From contig JAVVZO010000001.1 of NCBI GenBank assembly GCA_036650515.1, forward strand, positions 39,189-103,188: a DNA stretch of 64,000 nucleotides, written 5' to 3'. Below, piece by piece: positions 52,702-62,517 of this stretch (positions within the stretch are counted from its first letter, which is position 1; each line of letters begins with the position of its first letter). The translations under genes and the position numbers were made by a program. This DNA comes from Alistipes sp. (GTDB lineage Bacteria; Bacteroidota; Bacteroidia; Bacteroidales; Rikenellaceae). The notes under the pieces are model-generated. The model was given only the letters and a program-made list of their open reading frames with translations. It ran no database searches and was not told the DNA's origin.

Positions 52702-54052
52702 AGAGATCATAGATTCGCCTTGTGGAATCCGCTTTATGGCCGATACGTTGGAAATGCGTTCGGCCGCAGGACGGCGTCTGCTCATGCAATCTCCGATGCT
52801 GGAAAGTGCGGCAGAGATTGAATTGGCGTTTGCGAAGCTTCGGGAATTTCACCAGAAATTGATTGTCGATCAGGCTACACAGCGGCGGTCAGTCGGTCGT
52901 ATTTTAGGCATTAAACTTCAGGGACTAAAAGATTGCGATGCCACCTTGCGTCAATTAGCCGCGGGCAGAGATGGAGATGAGGTCTGCTTTTTTGAGCTAA
53001 AATCGTTGGCCTTGCTCTGTGATCAGATTTCGCCGTTACTCTTGCAGGCGGGCATCACATCGATTCATCTTCCTGATCTTCAGGTTGTCAAAGAATTGCT
53101 CGATCCCGATCATACGGGTATTGCCTCCTTCTATATTTATGATTCATACAACCAAGAGTTGGGGCGTTTACGGCAACAAATTAGAAGCGGTAAAGGGGAT
53201 AAAAATGAACTGTTGATGGCCTCTCGAATGATCGAGCAGCAGATTTGTCAGCAGTTGACCACCTCCATCCGTCCCGAATTGGAACACCTGCGTACCGCGC
53301 TGACGATTTTGGCAGAAATAGATCTCTTGCTGGCCAAAGCACGCCAAATGGAGCGTTTTAAATTGACCTTCCCTTCGCTGTCTACCGATGAGAAAACCTC
53401 CTACCAAGGGCTTTTCCATCCGCAGGTCTGTGTTGCTTTGGAGGCTTCCGGCAAGTCTTACCAGCCTGTTGAGCTGACTTTTGGATTGATGCCGGTCACA
53501 GTCATTGGCGCGAATATGGGCGGTAAAACGGTGCTGTTGCGCTCTTTGGCTTTGTCGCAATACCTCTTCCAATTTGGTTTTGGTGTTCCGGCCGCGATGG
53601 CTACTATTCGACCTATTGAGCAACTTTATTTACGAATAGGTGATGCGGAGGCGAATCAAGGCGGTCTCTCCTCCTTCGCGTCTGAAATCACGGAGATCGG
53701 TACGATTTTAACGGCTGTGCGGAGCTGTAAACGCGTTTTGGTGCTCCTTGACGAGCCGGCGCGTACCACCAATCCGGTGGAAGGTGCGGCCTTGGTTTCG
53801 GCTTTGGTGAATCTTCTTGGGCAGTCGGGGGCTTCGTGCGTTCTCACGACACATTATAATTTGCTCCAGACTAAAAGTCGTCGGCTCAAAGTGCGCGGAC
53901 TTTCGGACAAGGGGATGGACTATACACTCACTGAGGTCGCCGATGGTGAGGTTCCGCATGAAGCCTTGGCGGTCGCTCGCATGCTCGGTGTGGATGCCGA
54001 ATGGATCGGCGGGGCACAACAATTATTAGATCAAGCAATTAAGCATTCATAA
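52685..54052 (+). CDS. kamC: KamC-like MutS-type ATPase without a mismatch-binding domain
   Basis: Walker A GANMGGKT, GLSSFASE signature, Walker B LLDE, TTHY. Confidence 0.7.
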   Translation: MPMLFREIIDSPCGIRFMADTLEMRSAAGRRLLMQSPMLESAAEIELAFAKLREFHQKLIVDQATQRRSVGRILGIKLQGLKDCDATLRQLAAGRDGDEVCFFELKSLALLCDQISPLLLQAGITSIHLPDLQVVKELLDPDHTGIASFYIYDSYNQELGRLRQQIRSGKGDKNELLMASRMIEQQICQQLTTSIRPELEHLRTALTILAEIDLLLAKARQMERFKLTFPSLSTDEKTSYQGLFHPQVCVALEASGKSYQPVELTFGLMPVTVIGANMGGKTVLLRSLALSQYLFQFGFGVPAAMATIRPIEQLYLRIGDAEANQGGLSSFASEITEIGTILTAVRSCKRVLVLLDEPARTTNPVEGAALVSALVNLLGQSGASCVLTTHYNLLQTKSRRLKVRGLSDKGMDYTLTEVADGEVPHEALAVARMLGVDAEWIGGAQQLLDQAIKHS

Positions 54053-54057
54053 AAGAT

Positions 54058-55614
54058 ATGGCAAAAAGTAAATTAGGTCTCGATTTTGAAAAAGTGGCAT
54101 ACGCCCGCAAGTTAGCAGGTGGAATTGCCGAAGAGGTGCAACAATTCGTGGTGAATTACACCACCGTTGCCGTTGAACGTACCTTGTGCCGATTGGTCGG
54201 TATTGATGGCGTGACGGCCGAGGGTGTACCTCTGCCCAATGTGGTGGTGGATGCGCTCAAAGCACATGGTGTCTTGGGCGAAGGGGTCTTGTTTTATTTG
54301 GCCAACGCCATGGTACATACAGGGTTGCAACCACAGCAGATTGCTGAGAAAATGGCAGCAGAGTCCCTTGATATTGCCTCCTTGCCGTTGGCTGATCGGG
54401 AGACGATCCTCAAGACGTTGCAACCGTTGGTCAAGGCCTCTGTGGAGCGCATTTCAGCGCGCCGCCATCGCCGTGAAGAGTATCTCAAACGGATCGGTGA
54501 GGGGCCAAAACCTTACCTATATGTGATTGTTGCCACGGGCAACATCTACGAAGATGTGGTGCAGGCTGAGGCAGCTGCACGACAAGGTGCTGATATTGTC
54601 GCGGTGATCCGCACAACGGGGCAGAGCCTTTTGGACTACGTACCTTATGGTGCTACCACGGAGGGATTTGGCGGTACAGTCGCCACCCAAGAAAATTTCC
54701 GGATCATGCGTTCCGCACTGGATAAAGTGGGTGAAGAAGTAGGCCGCTATATTCGATTATGCAACTATTGTTCAGGGCTTTGTATGCCTGAAATAGCCGT
54801 TATGGGCGCTTTTGAAGGCTTGGATGTGATGCTCAACGATGCCCTCTATGGCATCCTTTTCCGCGACATCAATATGCAACGCACGTTGGTAGATCAATAC
54901 TTCTCTCGGGTGATCAATAGCTTCGCTGGTGTGATTATCAATACCGGTGAGGACAACTACCTGACCACCGCCGATGCCTTTGAGGAGGCGCATACGGTGT
55001 TGGCTTCCGATATTATCAATGAACAATTAGCGCTGCTGGCCGGACTTCCGGAGGAGCAAATGGGACTTGGCCACGCTTTTGAGATGGATCCTGCCCTTGA
55101 AAATGGCTTCCTTTATGAATTGGCACAGGCGCAAATGACCCGTGAGATCTTTCCAAAGGCAACGCTGAAATATATGCCGCCAACCAAGTTTATGACGGGT
55201 AATATCTTCCGTGGGCATATTCAGGATGCTCTTTTCAACATGATCGGCATCTGGACACACCAAGGTATTCAACTCTTGGGAATGCCTACCGAGGCACTCC
55301 ATACGCCTTTTATGTCGGATCGCTACCTCTCTATCGAGAATGCAAAATACATCTTCAACAACCTGCGTAATATTGGTGACGAAGTGGAGTTCCGCGAAGG
55401 GGGTATCATCCGCGAACGGGCACACGATGTGCTGGACAAAGCGATCGTTCTGCTTGAAAAAATTGATCACGAAGGTCTGTTTACAGCCTTGGAAAAGGGC
55501 ATTTTTGCCGATATTCGTCGACCGAAAAATGGAGGCAAAGGATTGGCCGGCGTTTGTGAAAAAGGGGCGCACTACCTCAATCCATTTATTGACATCATGA
55601 AAAAAATCAACTAA
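54058..55614 (+). CDS. kamD: Lysine 5,6-aminomutase alpha subunit
   Basis: VIRTTGQSLLDY, NYCSGLCMPE and KYMPPTK motifs. Confidence 0.96.
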   Translation: MAKSKLGLDFEKVAYARKLAGGIAEEVQQFVVNYTTVAVERTLCRLVGIDGVTAEGVPLPNVVVDALKAHGVLGEGVLFYLANAMVHTGLQPQQIAEKMAAESLDIASLPLADRETILKTLQPLVKASVERISARRHRREEYLKRIGEGPKPYLYVIVATGNIYEDVVQAEAAARQGADIVAVIRTTGQSLLDYVPYGATTEGFGGTVATQENFRIMRSALDKVGEEVGRYIRLCNYCSGLCMPEIAVMGAFEGLDVMLNDALYGILFRDINMQRTLVDQYFSRVINSFAGVIINTGEDNYLTTADAFEEAHTVLASDIINEQLALLAGLPEEQMGLGHAFEMDPALENGFLYELAQAQMTREIFPKATLKYMPPTKFMTGNIFRGHIQDALFNMIGIWTHQGIQLLGMPTEALHTPFMSDRYLSIENAKYIFNNLRNIGDEVEFREGGIIRERAHDVLDKAIVLLEKIDHEGLFTALEKGIFADIRRPKNGGKGLAGVCEKGAHYLNPFIDIMKKIN

Positions 55615-55615
55615 T

Positions 55616-56410
55616 ATGAGCGGAGGACTTTATTCTACAACGGCAAAAGATTTTGATAAGACCCTCGATCTGACCAAGGTAAAACCCTATGGCGATACGA
55701 TGAATGATGGTAAGGTGCAGCTGAGTTTTGCGTTGCCTGTTCCTGCCGGTGACGAAGCATCCGAGGCGGCCAAGCAGCTAATGCGTAAGATGGGTTTTAA
55801 TGATCCGCAAGTGGTCTTTACCCGAGAACTTGCTCCGGGATTCACCTTTTGTAACTGTTACGGTACGTGTAGCCATACAGTGGATTACACCACCATTCGC
55901 GTGCCCAAAGTCACCAGTACGGTGATGGACATGACGCATACCGATGACTATATTCGCGAACACATTGGTCGCAAGCTCATTGTGGTGGGTGCCAGTACCG
56001 GTACAGATGCCCATACGGTGGGTATTGATGCGGTGATGAATATGAAAGGGTACGCCGGTCACTACGGGCTGGAGCGTTACGAGATGATAGATGCCTATAA
56101 CTTGGGTAGCCAAATTCCGAATGAGGAATTTTTAGCACGCGCCATTGAACTCCATGCGGATGCAATTTTGGTCTCCCAGACCGTTACGCAAAAAGATGTG
56201 CATGTGCACAACCTCATTGATCTGATTGAGTTGATGGAGGCAGAGAATCTGCGCGATCGGATGATCGTTGCTTGCGGAGGACCGCGCATCAACCATGAAT
56301 TAGCAAAAGAATTGGGCTATGATGCCGGCTTCGGGATGAATAGTTATGCCGATGATGTAGCCTCTTTCTTAGCACAGGAATATGTTAGTCGTCATGAAAC
56401 CAACAAATAA
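55616..56410 (+). CDS. kamE: Lysine 5,6-aminomutase beta subunit
   Basis: B12-binding DAHTVG motif and PLP-binding MNMKGYAG. Confidence 0.96.
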   Translation: MSGGLYSTTAKDFDKTLDLTKVKPYGDTMNDGKVQLSFALPVPAGDEASEAAKQLMRKMGFNDPQVVFTRELAPGFTFCNCYGTCSHTVDYTTIRVPKVTSTVMDMTHTDDYIREHIGRKLIVVGASTGTDAHTVGIDAVMNMKGYAGHYGLERYEMIDAYNLGSQIPNEEFLARAIELHADAILVSQTVTQKDVHVHNLIDLIELMEAENLRDRMIVACGGPRINHELAKELGYDAGFGMNSYADDVASFLAQEYVSRHETNK

Positions 56411-56427
56411 CAATAAAATAGACGAAT

Positions 56428-57099
56428 ATGGACAAAAACAGCATTAGAGAGTTGATTGCCAAGCGCGCAGTCCTTGAAATAGAAGACGGTGACGTGGTGA
56501 ACCTCGGTATCGGACTTCCGACAGCGATTCCGAGCTACCTCCCCCAAGGGGTCTCTGTAACCCTGCAAACTGAAAATGGACTTTTAGGTATGGGCCCTGC
56601 ACCAAAAGAGGGCGAGGAAGATCCGGAATATATCAACGCTGGAGGTGGCTTTATTACGGCTCTTCCGGGCGCTGTGACCTTCTCCTCGGCCGATTCATTT
56701 GCCATTATCCGTGGCGGTCACGTGAATGTGACCTTCCTTGGAGCATTGGAAGTGGATGAAAAGGGCGATTTGGCGAACTGGATCATCCCCGGAAAGAAAG
56801 TTCCTGGAATGGGTGGTGCAATGGATTTGCTGATTGGTGCACGTAAAGTTGTGCTGACCATGGAACATACAGCCAAAGGATCGCCAAAGATTCTGAAGAA
56901 ATGTCGCCTTCCGTTGACCGCAGCTGGTCAGGTGAACAAAATCATCACCGAAATGGGTGTGATGGAGATCACTCCACGTGGGATTGTGCTTACTGAAATC
57001 AATCCTGAATTTACCGTTGCCGATGTGCAGGCAGCCACTGAGGCTACCTTGATTATTGCCGACGATTTAAAATCCATGCTAAAAGTGATAGGACAATGA
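56428..57099 (+). CDS. atoA: Butyrate-acetoacetate CoA-transferase subunit B
   Basis: VNLGIGLPT, catalytic QTENG and GMGGAMDL motifs. Confidence 0.9.
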   Translation: MDKNSIRELIAKRAVLEIEDGDVVNLGIGLPTAIPSYLPQGVSVTLQTENGLLGMGPAPKEGEEDPEYINAGGGFITALPGAVTFSSADSFAIIRGGHVNVTFLGALEVDEKGDLANWIIPGKKVPGMGGAMDLLIGARKVVLTMEHTAKGSPKILKKCRLPLTAAGQVNKIITEMGVMEITPRGIVLTEINPEFTVADVQAATEATLIIADDLKSMLKVIGQ

Positions 57100-57500
57100 T
57101 TAAAGTAGGCGATACTTATACCTTGGCTGTCAGCTTCACCCAAGAAGAGGTGATTGCTTTTGCTAAAACGACCGGAGATTGCAACCCGATCCACTTAGAT
57201 GCTGAATTTGCGGCAAAAACACCTTTTGGCCGCCCTATTGTACACGGATTTTTATCGGCCGCTGTCTTTTCTCGGGTCTTTGGTATGCTCTTCCCCGGCC
57301 CGGGTACGATCTACCTCTCGCAGGAGATGTCTTTCCGTGCGCCTGTCTTCACAGATGCCCCATATAAGGCTGAATTCGAGGTGATTGAGATCAATCATGA
57401 GAAACATATCGGTACTGTGAAATGTCTGCTTTGCAATGCCGAGGGGACAGCGTGCATCATTGGGACTGCAAAATTGAAACATAATATAGAATTTGTATAA
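57096..57500 (+). CDS. MaoC/PhaJ-like (R)-specific enoyl-CoA hydratase
   Basis: Hydratase-2 motif TGDCNPIH.D and FGRPIVHG. Confidence 0.85.
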   Translation: MIKVGDTYTLAVSFTQEEVIAFAKTTGDCNPIHLDAEFAAKTPFGRPIVHGFLSAAVFSRVFGMLFPGPGTIYLSQEMSFRAPVFTDAPYKAEFEVIEINHEKHIGTVKCLLCNAEGTACIIGTAKLKHNIEFV

Positions 57501-57512
57501 AAAAAGAAAACC

Positions 57513-58256
57513 ATGAAAAGACTGGAAAACAAAGTCGCTATTATCACTGGCGGAACTGCTGGTATTGGCGCTGCAACAGCCATCCTTTTTGCTCAAGAAG
57601 GGGCTAAAGTGATCGTATGGGCGCGCAATGAAGCACGCGGTAAAGAGATGGTTGAACATGCTGCTGCTCAGGGATTAACTCTCTGTTTTGAGCAGGTGGA
57701 TACCAGCAATTCGGATGCGGTAAACGCAGCGGCCAAGAAGGCGTTCGATCAATTTGGACGTATCGACATCTTGATTAACAATGCCGGTATCACCAACGAC
57801 AGCTCGCTCAAGAAAATGACCAACGAGCAGTGGCAAAATGTAATTGATGTGAACCTTTCGGGTACCTTCTATTGCGTGAAGGCCATTTCTGAATATATGC
57901 TCATCAACAACTACGGCCGTATTGTCAACGCCTCTTCGGTGGTGGGGCTCTATGGTAATTTTGGCCAAACAAACTATGTGGCAACAAAAGCCGGCATTAT
58001 CGGTATGACCAAGACTTTAGCACGTGAATTAGGCCGTAAAGGTATTACAGTCAATGCGGTTGCTCCCGGATTTATCGAGACGGAGATGGTCGCTAAGATG
58101 CCAGAGACCGTGTTAGCCGGTATGCGTGCCAAAGTTCCAGTAGGACGACTTGGCAAACCCGAAGAAATTGCAGCTGCCTATCTCTATTTGTCTTCAGAAG
58201 AGGCCGCTTATGTCAATGGTAGCGTATTGAGTGTCGATGGCGGCATGACCGTTTAG
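57513..58256 (+). CDS. FabG/PhaB-like short-chain 3-oxoacyl-CoA reductase
   Basis: TGGTAGIG, NNAG, YVATK (YxxxK) and VAPGFI motifs. Confidence 0.85.
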   Translation: MKRLENKVAIITGGTAGIGAATAILFAQEGAKVIVWARNEARGKEMVEHAAAQGLTLCFEQVDTSNSDAVNAAAKKAFDQFGRIDILINNAGITNDSSLKKMTNEQWQNVIDVNLSGTFYCVKAISEYMLINNYGRIVNASSVVGLYGNFGQTNYVATKAGIIGMTKTLARELGRKGITVNAVAPGFIETEMVAKMPETVLAGMRAKVPVGRLGKPEEIAAAYLYLSSEEAAYVNGSVLSVDGGMTV

Positions 58257-58278
58257 TAACCTAATAAAATAGAGATCA

Positions 58279-59418
58279 ATGAATTTTGAACTGACAAAAC
58301 CCCAACAACTTTTTCGGCAGATGATTCGCGAGTTTGCTGAAAAGGAGGTGAAACCTCTTGCCGCCGAAGTCGATGAGCAGGAGCGTTTCCCCGAAGAAAC
58401 CGTCGAAAAGATGGCCCGCTTGGGACTTTTCGGCATTCCTGTGCCGAAAGAATATGGCGGCGCAGGTGGTGATAACATTATGTACACGATTGCCGTTGAG
58501 GAGCTTTCACGCGTCTGTGGAACGACGGGTGTCATCCTCTCCGCGCACACTTCGCTCTGTGTTGCTCCGATTTTAGAGCACGGCACTGAAGAGCAGAAAA
58601 AACGCTATATTCCGCGTTTGGCTTCCGGTGAATGGTTAGGTGCTTTTGGCTTGACCGAGCCCAATGCGGGTACCGATGCTTCGGCACAACAAACGATGGC
58701 TGTGCCAGATGGTACAGATTACATCATCAATGGTACAAAGATTTTTATCACCAATGCAGGTTATGCTGATATCTATGTCATCTTTGCGATGACCGATAAA
58801 TCCCAAGGAACGAAGGGTATCACGGCCTTTATCATTGAGAAAGAGACCCCCGGATTCAGCTTTGGTAAAAAAGAGTTGAAATTAGGTATCCGTGGCTCGG
58901 CAACACGCGAGTTGATCTTCGATAACTGCCGCATTCCGGCGACCAATATGTTAGGTAAGTTGGGCGGTGGCTTTGGTGTGGCAATGAAGACCTTGGATGG
59001 TGGACGTATTGGAATTGCTTCGCAGGCGCTAGGAATTGCCCAAGGAGCGATGGACGAGACGGTTCATTATACCAAAGAGCGGAAGCAATTTGGTCGTTCG
59101 ATTGCGGCTTTCCAAAATACACAATTCCAGATGGCTGATTTGCAAACACGCGTGGAGGCAGCTCGTCTGTTGGTGCGCAGTGCCGCTTGGAAGAAAGATC
59201 AAAAACAACCCTATTCAGCAGATGCTGCTATGGCGAAACTCTATGCTGCCGAGACGGCGATGGATGTGACTACCAAGGCCGTTCAATTCCATGGCGGTTA
59301 CGGTTATACGCGCGAATATCCTGTTGAGCGGATGATGCGTGATGCGAAAATCACCGAGATCTATGAGGGTACCTCCGAGGTGCAACGTATGGTCATTGCA
59401 GCGAAATTATTCAAGTAA
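58279..59418 (+). CDS. bcd: Butyryl-CoA dehydrogenase
   Basis: FGLTEPNAGTD, KIFITN, RQFG-like KQFG and EIYEGTSEVQ motifs; adjacent to etfBA. Confidence 0.92.
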   Translation: MNFELTKPQQLFRQMIREFAEKEVKPLAAEVDEQERFPEETVEKMARLGLFGIPVPKEYGGAGGDNIMYTIAVEELSRVCGTTGVILSAHTSLCVAPILEHGTEEQKKRYIPRLASGEWLGAFGLTEPNAGTDASAQQTMAVPDGTDYIINGTKIFITNAGYADIYVIFAMTDKSQGTKGITAFIIEKETPGFSFGKKELKLGIRGSATRELIFDNCRIPATNMLGKLGGGFGVAMKTLDGGRIGIASQALGIAQGAMDETVHYTKERKQFGRSIAAFQNTQFQMADLQTRVEAARLLVRSAAWKKDQKQPYSADAAMAKLYAAETAMDVTTKAVQFHGGYGYTREYPVERMMRDAKITEIYEGTSEVQRMVIAAKLFK

Positions 59419-59430
59419 AATAGACAGAAA

Positions 59431-60213
59431 ATGAAAATAGTAGTTTGCATCAAGCAGGTGCCGGATACCACGGAGATCCGAATCAATCCTGCCACAGGCA
59501 CACTGATTCGTGAGGGCGTTCCGAGTATCATGAATCCCGATGATAAGGGGGGACTCGAGATGGCTTTGCAGTTAAAAGAGCGTTACGGCGCCAGTGTCAC
59601 CGTTATTACCATGGGTCCTCCGCAAGCAGATTTGATTCTCCGCGAGGCGATGGCGATGGGCGCAGATCGGGCGATTCTGCTAACTGATATGAAGTTTGCC
59701 GGTGCGGATACACTGGCCACTTCGCACGCTTTGGCAGGTGCTTTAACGCATTTAGAGTGGGATTTGGTGGTCGCCGGACGGCAGGCCATTGATGGTGATA
59801 CAGCACAAGTAGGGCCACAGACGGCAGAGCATATGGGTGTTCCTCATATCTCATATGTAGCTGGTTTAGAATATGATGGCAAGAAAACATTCCGCATCAA
59901 ACGCGAAACTGAAGAGGGCTACCAGCTCTTGGAGGCAGAAGCACCGCTGTTGATTACGGTTCTTGCCACGGCTAACAAACCGCGCTATATGTCGGTTGGT
60001 GGCATCGTGAATGCCTATGATCAGGCTGTCGAGATTTGGAATGCCGACAAGACTGGGATTGACCCCGTACAATTAGGACTCAAAGGTTCTCCGACCAAAG
60101 TGAAACAGACCTTCACCAAAGGCTTGAAAGGTGCTGGCGAAATGGTTGAGGTTGATGCCGAACAAGCTGTGGGCATCATTATGAGTCGACTGAAAGAGAA
60201 ATTCATCATCTAA
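59431..60213 (+). CDS. etfB: Electron transfer flavoprotein beta subunit
   Basis: VCIKQVPDT and GRQAIDGDTAQVG motifs. Confidence 0.96.
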   Translation: MKIVVCIKQVPDTTEIRINPATGTLIREGVPSIMNPDDKGGLEMALQLKERYGASVTVITMGPPQADLILREAMAMGADRAILLTDMKFAGADTLATSHALAGALTHLEWDLVVAGRQAIDGDTAQVGPQTAEHMGVPHISYVAGLEYDGKKTFRIKRETEEGYQLLEAEAPLLITVLATANKPRYMSVGGIVNAYDQAVEIWNADKTGIDPVQLGLKGSPTKVKQTFTKGLKGAGEMVEVDAEQAVGIIMSRLKEKFII

Positions 60214-60224
60214 TAGTAGCGATT

Positions 60225-61229
60225 ATGGACAAAACAACATATAAACACGTCTTCGTCTTTGCCGAGCAACGTGAGGGCAAAATCGGCTCTGTGGCTTTCG
60301 AATTATTGGGTAAAGCCCGCGATTTGGCGGATACATTAGGTGAAAAGGTGGTGGCTGTACTTCTTGGTAGCGGCATCACCGGTGAGGCTCAAGCGCTGAT
60401 CGAATGTGGTGCAGATCAAGTGATCTGTGCCGATGCACCTGAATTAAAAGATTATATTACAGAGCCTTATGCACAGGCTATGTATCAGATTATCATGCAG
60501 TATCACCCTTCGATTGTGCTCTTTGGAGCAACCACAATCGGTCGTGATATAGCACCGCGCTTGTCAGCACGGCTTGAAACCGGATTGACGGCCGACTGTA
60601 CCAAGTTGGAAATTTCGGCCGAAGGCGAGCTGATGATGACCCGCCCTGCTTTTGGTGGTAACTTGATGGCTACCATTCAATGTCCTGATCACCGTCCGCA
60701 GATGTCGACTGTTAGACCGGGCGTGATGAAGCGTCGGGATCAAGAGCCGAAACGTTGTGGAGAGATCACTCCCTTTGTACCGCAATTCGATCGGTCGCGC
60801 TTCAATGTGCGTTTGATTGAGACGGTTCGTGTTGACAAGGGTGCGATTGACATTGCAGATGCTCGAATTTTGGTTTCAGGTGGCCGTGGTGTCGGGAGTA
60901 AAGAGGGCTTTGCCACTTTGGAAGCTTTGGCTACTGTTTTAGGTGCTGAGGTCTCTTCTTCCAGAGCGATGGTTGATGCTGGTGTGATGGATCACTGCCG
61001 TCAGGTGGGGCAAACCGGTAAAACGGTGCGTCCAGATCTCTATTTTGCATTGGGCATTTCGGGTGCGATTCAGCACTTAGCCGGTATGGAGGAGTCTGGG
61101 TATATCGTAGCGATCAACAAGGATAAATATGCGCCTATTTTCCAAGTTGCTGATTTGGGTATTGTGGGCGATGTCCACAAAATTTTACCCCTGCTGACTG
61201 AAAGATTGGCCAAAGAGGTGAAGAAATAA
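60225..61229 (+). CDS. etfA: Electron transfer flavoprotein alpha subunit
   Basis: TRPAFGG, QVGQTGK and GISGAIQH motifs. Confidence 0.96.
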   Translation: MDKTTYKHVFVFAEQREGKIGSVAFELLGKARDLADTLGEKVVAVLLGSGITGEAQALIECGADQVICADAPELKDYITEPYAQAMYQIIMQYHPSIVLFGATTIGRDIAPRLSARLETGLTADCTKLEISAEGELMMTRPAFGGNLMATIQCPDHRPQMSTVRPGVMKRRDQEPKRCGEITPFVPQFDRSRFNVRLIETVRVDKGAIDIADARILVSGGRGVGSKEGFATLEALATVLGAEVSSSRAMVDAGVMDHCRQVGQTGKTVRPDLYFALGISGAIQHLAGMEESGYIVAINKDKYAPIFQVADLGIVGDVHKILPLLTERLAKEVKK

Positions 61230-61242
61230 AACCTTCTTTCTT

Positions 61243-61280
61243 AAAAAATAGCGGTAACCTTTTGGTTACCGCTATTTTTT
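61243..61280. terminator. Bidirectional intrinsic terminator
   Basis: aaaaaatagcggtaacc-tttt-ggttaccgctatttttt between convergent etfA and hpf. Confidence 0.88.
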
Positions 61281-61285
61281 GTGGT

Positions 61286-61582
61286 CTATTTCTCGTTTTT
61301 GCCTTTTAGTCGGTGAATTTGGCGTTTCAGCGCATCGAGAGCCTCGTCCACAGACTCCTCGAAGGTTTTGGAACGGCTCTCCGCCACCAAGTTCTCCCTC
61401 GGCATTTGAAGGGTGATCGTGGCGACCTTGTTTCCTTTCTCGTGGTCTGTATCGAGTTTCAAGATGACATTGGCGCTCACTGCACCTTCAGCAAAACGGT
61501 CGAATTTTTCCATTTTGTGCTCCACAAATTCGAGCAGACGCTGGTCGGCATCGAATTTCACTGATTGAATCTGTACCTTCAT
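61286..61582 (-). CDS. hpf: Ribosome hibernation factor (short HPF/RaiA)
   Basis: MKVQIQSVKFDAD...LLEFVEHKM...FEESVDEA pattern; downstream of xerC as is usual in Bacteroidota. Confidence 0.88.
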   Translation of the reverse strand: MKVQIQSVKFDADQRLLEFVEHKMEKFDRFAEGAVSANVILKLDTDHEKGNKVATITLQMPRENLVAESRSKTFEESVDEALDALKRQIHRLKGKNEK

Positions 61583-61593
61583 ACCTTTGCTTT

Positions 61594-62517
61594 TTAATGG
61601 TTTATGATCTTATCACTCTCCGCTTCACGCGGATGAGCGGTGGTATAAATCTCTTGCAAGCGAGCGATGTTATTGTGGGTGTAAACTTGGGTCGTTCGTA
61701 AAGAGGCGTGCCCTAACAGCGCTTGTATCGTTCGCATATCTGCTCCGTTATTGAGCAGGTGGGTGGCGAAGGTGTGTCTTAAAACGTGGGGACTTCGCTT
61801 TCCCTGCATTCCGCCGTGGGCGAGTGCCTCTTGGACAGCTCGGTAGACCACTGAACGGGAAATGCGTTCTCCTTTCTGTGTTAAAAATAGTGCTTTTTTT
61901 GGAATTGTCCAACTATTTTGGTGATCAATTACGTCAATATAACGCAAAATTTGTTCCCGAACCGGAATGATGATTGGAATGAGGCGTTCTTTATCTCCCT
62001 TGCCTCGGATCTTCAACGACAGATAATCGGCCGAAAAATCACCGCGATCCATGCTGACCAACTCAGCCAGTCGTAAGCCACAAGTATAGAAAAGCAAGAC
62101 AATAAGCGCATTGCGTGTGGTGAGAAACGAATCGCTTTTATTGGCGGTGCTGCAATCATCTAAAATATCAATCATTCGGGTTTCAGGGACAAAGACCGGA
62201 AGTCTTTGGGGTGTTTTGAGCGAGGTGATTCGTTGGCAGATGTCTTTTGAAAGAGCCCCTGTGCGATGCAGATATCGGAAAAAAGAGCGGATCGTGGAGA
62301 GCTCCCGATTCATAGAAGCCGGACTTAGGTGGTCTGTTTCCATGCGGTGGATGATCCACTTGCGAATGGAGGTAGGGGTGGTTTGTCGCAGATCGGTAAT
62401 ATGCTCCGCCGTACCAAGCCACGCGATAAAAGTCTCAAGGTCGTGCCGGTAATTGCGAAGGGTGAGCGGTGAGTAGCGCCGTTCAGCTTCGAGATATTGA
62501 AGAAAATCCGATAACAT
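61594..62517 (-). CDS. xerC: Tyrosine recombinase XerC-like
   Basis: CGLRLAE, GKGDKER, HVLRHTFATHLL and LGHASLRTTQVY (R-K-H-R-H-Y). Start placed at MLSDFLQY. Confidence 0.85.
   Translation of the reverse strand: MLSDFLQYLEAERRYSPLTLRNYRHDLETFIAWLGTAEHITDLRQTTPTSIRKWIIHRMETDHLSPASMNRELSTIRSFFRYLHRTGALSKDICQRITSLKTPQRLPVFVPETRMIDILDDCSTANKSDSFLTTRNALIVLLFYTCGLRLAELVSMDRGDFSADYLSLKIRGKGDKERLIPIIIPVREQILRYIDVIDHQNSWTIPKKALFLTQKGERISRSVVYRAVQEALAHGGMQGKRSPHVLRHTFATHLLNNGADMRTIQALLGHASLRTTQVYTHNNIARLQEIYTTAHPREAESDKIINH

Noticed and set aside
52685-54052. MutS mismatch-repair gene
   Set aside because: It lacks the mismatch-binding and connector domains, and its position in the kam operon indicates KamC.
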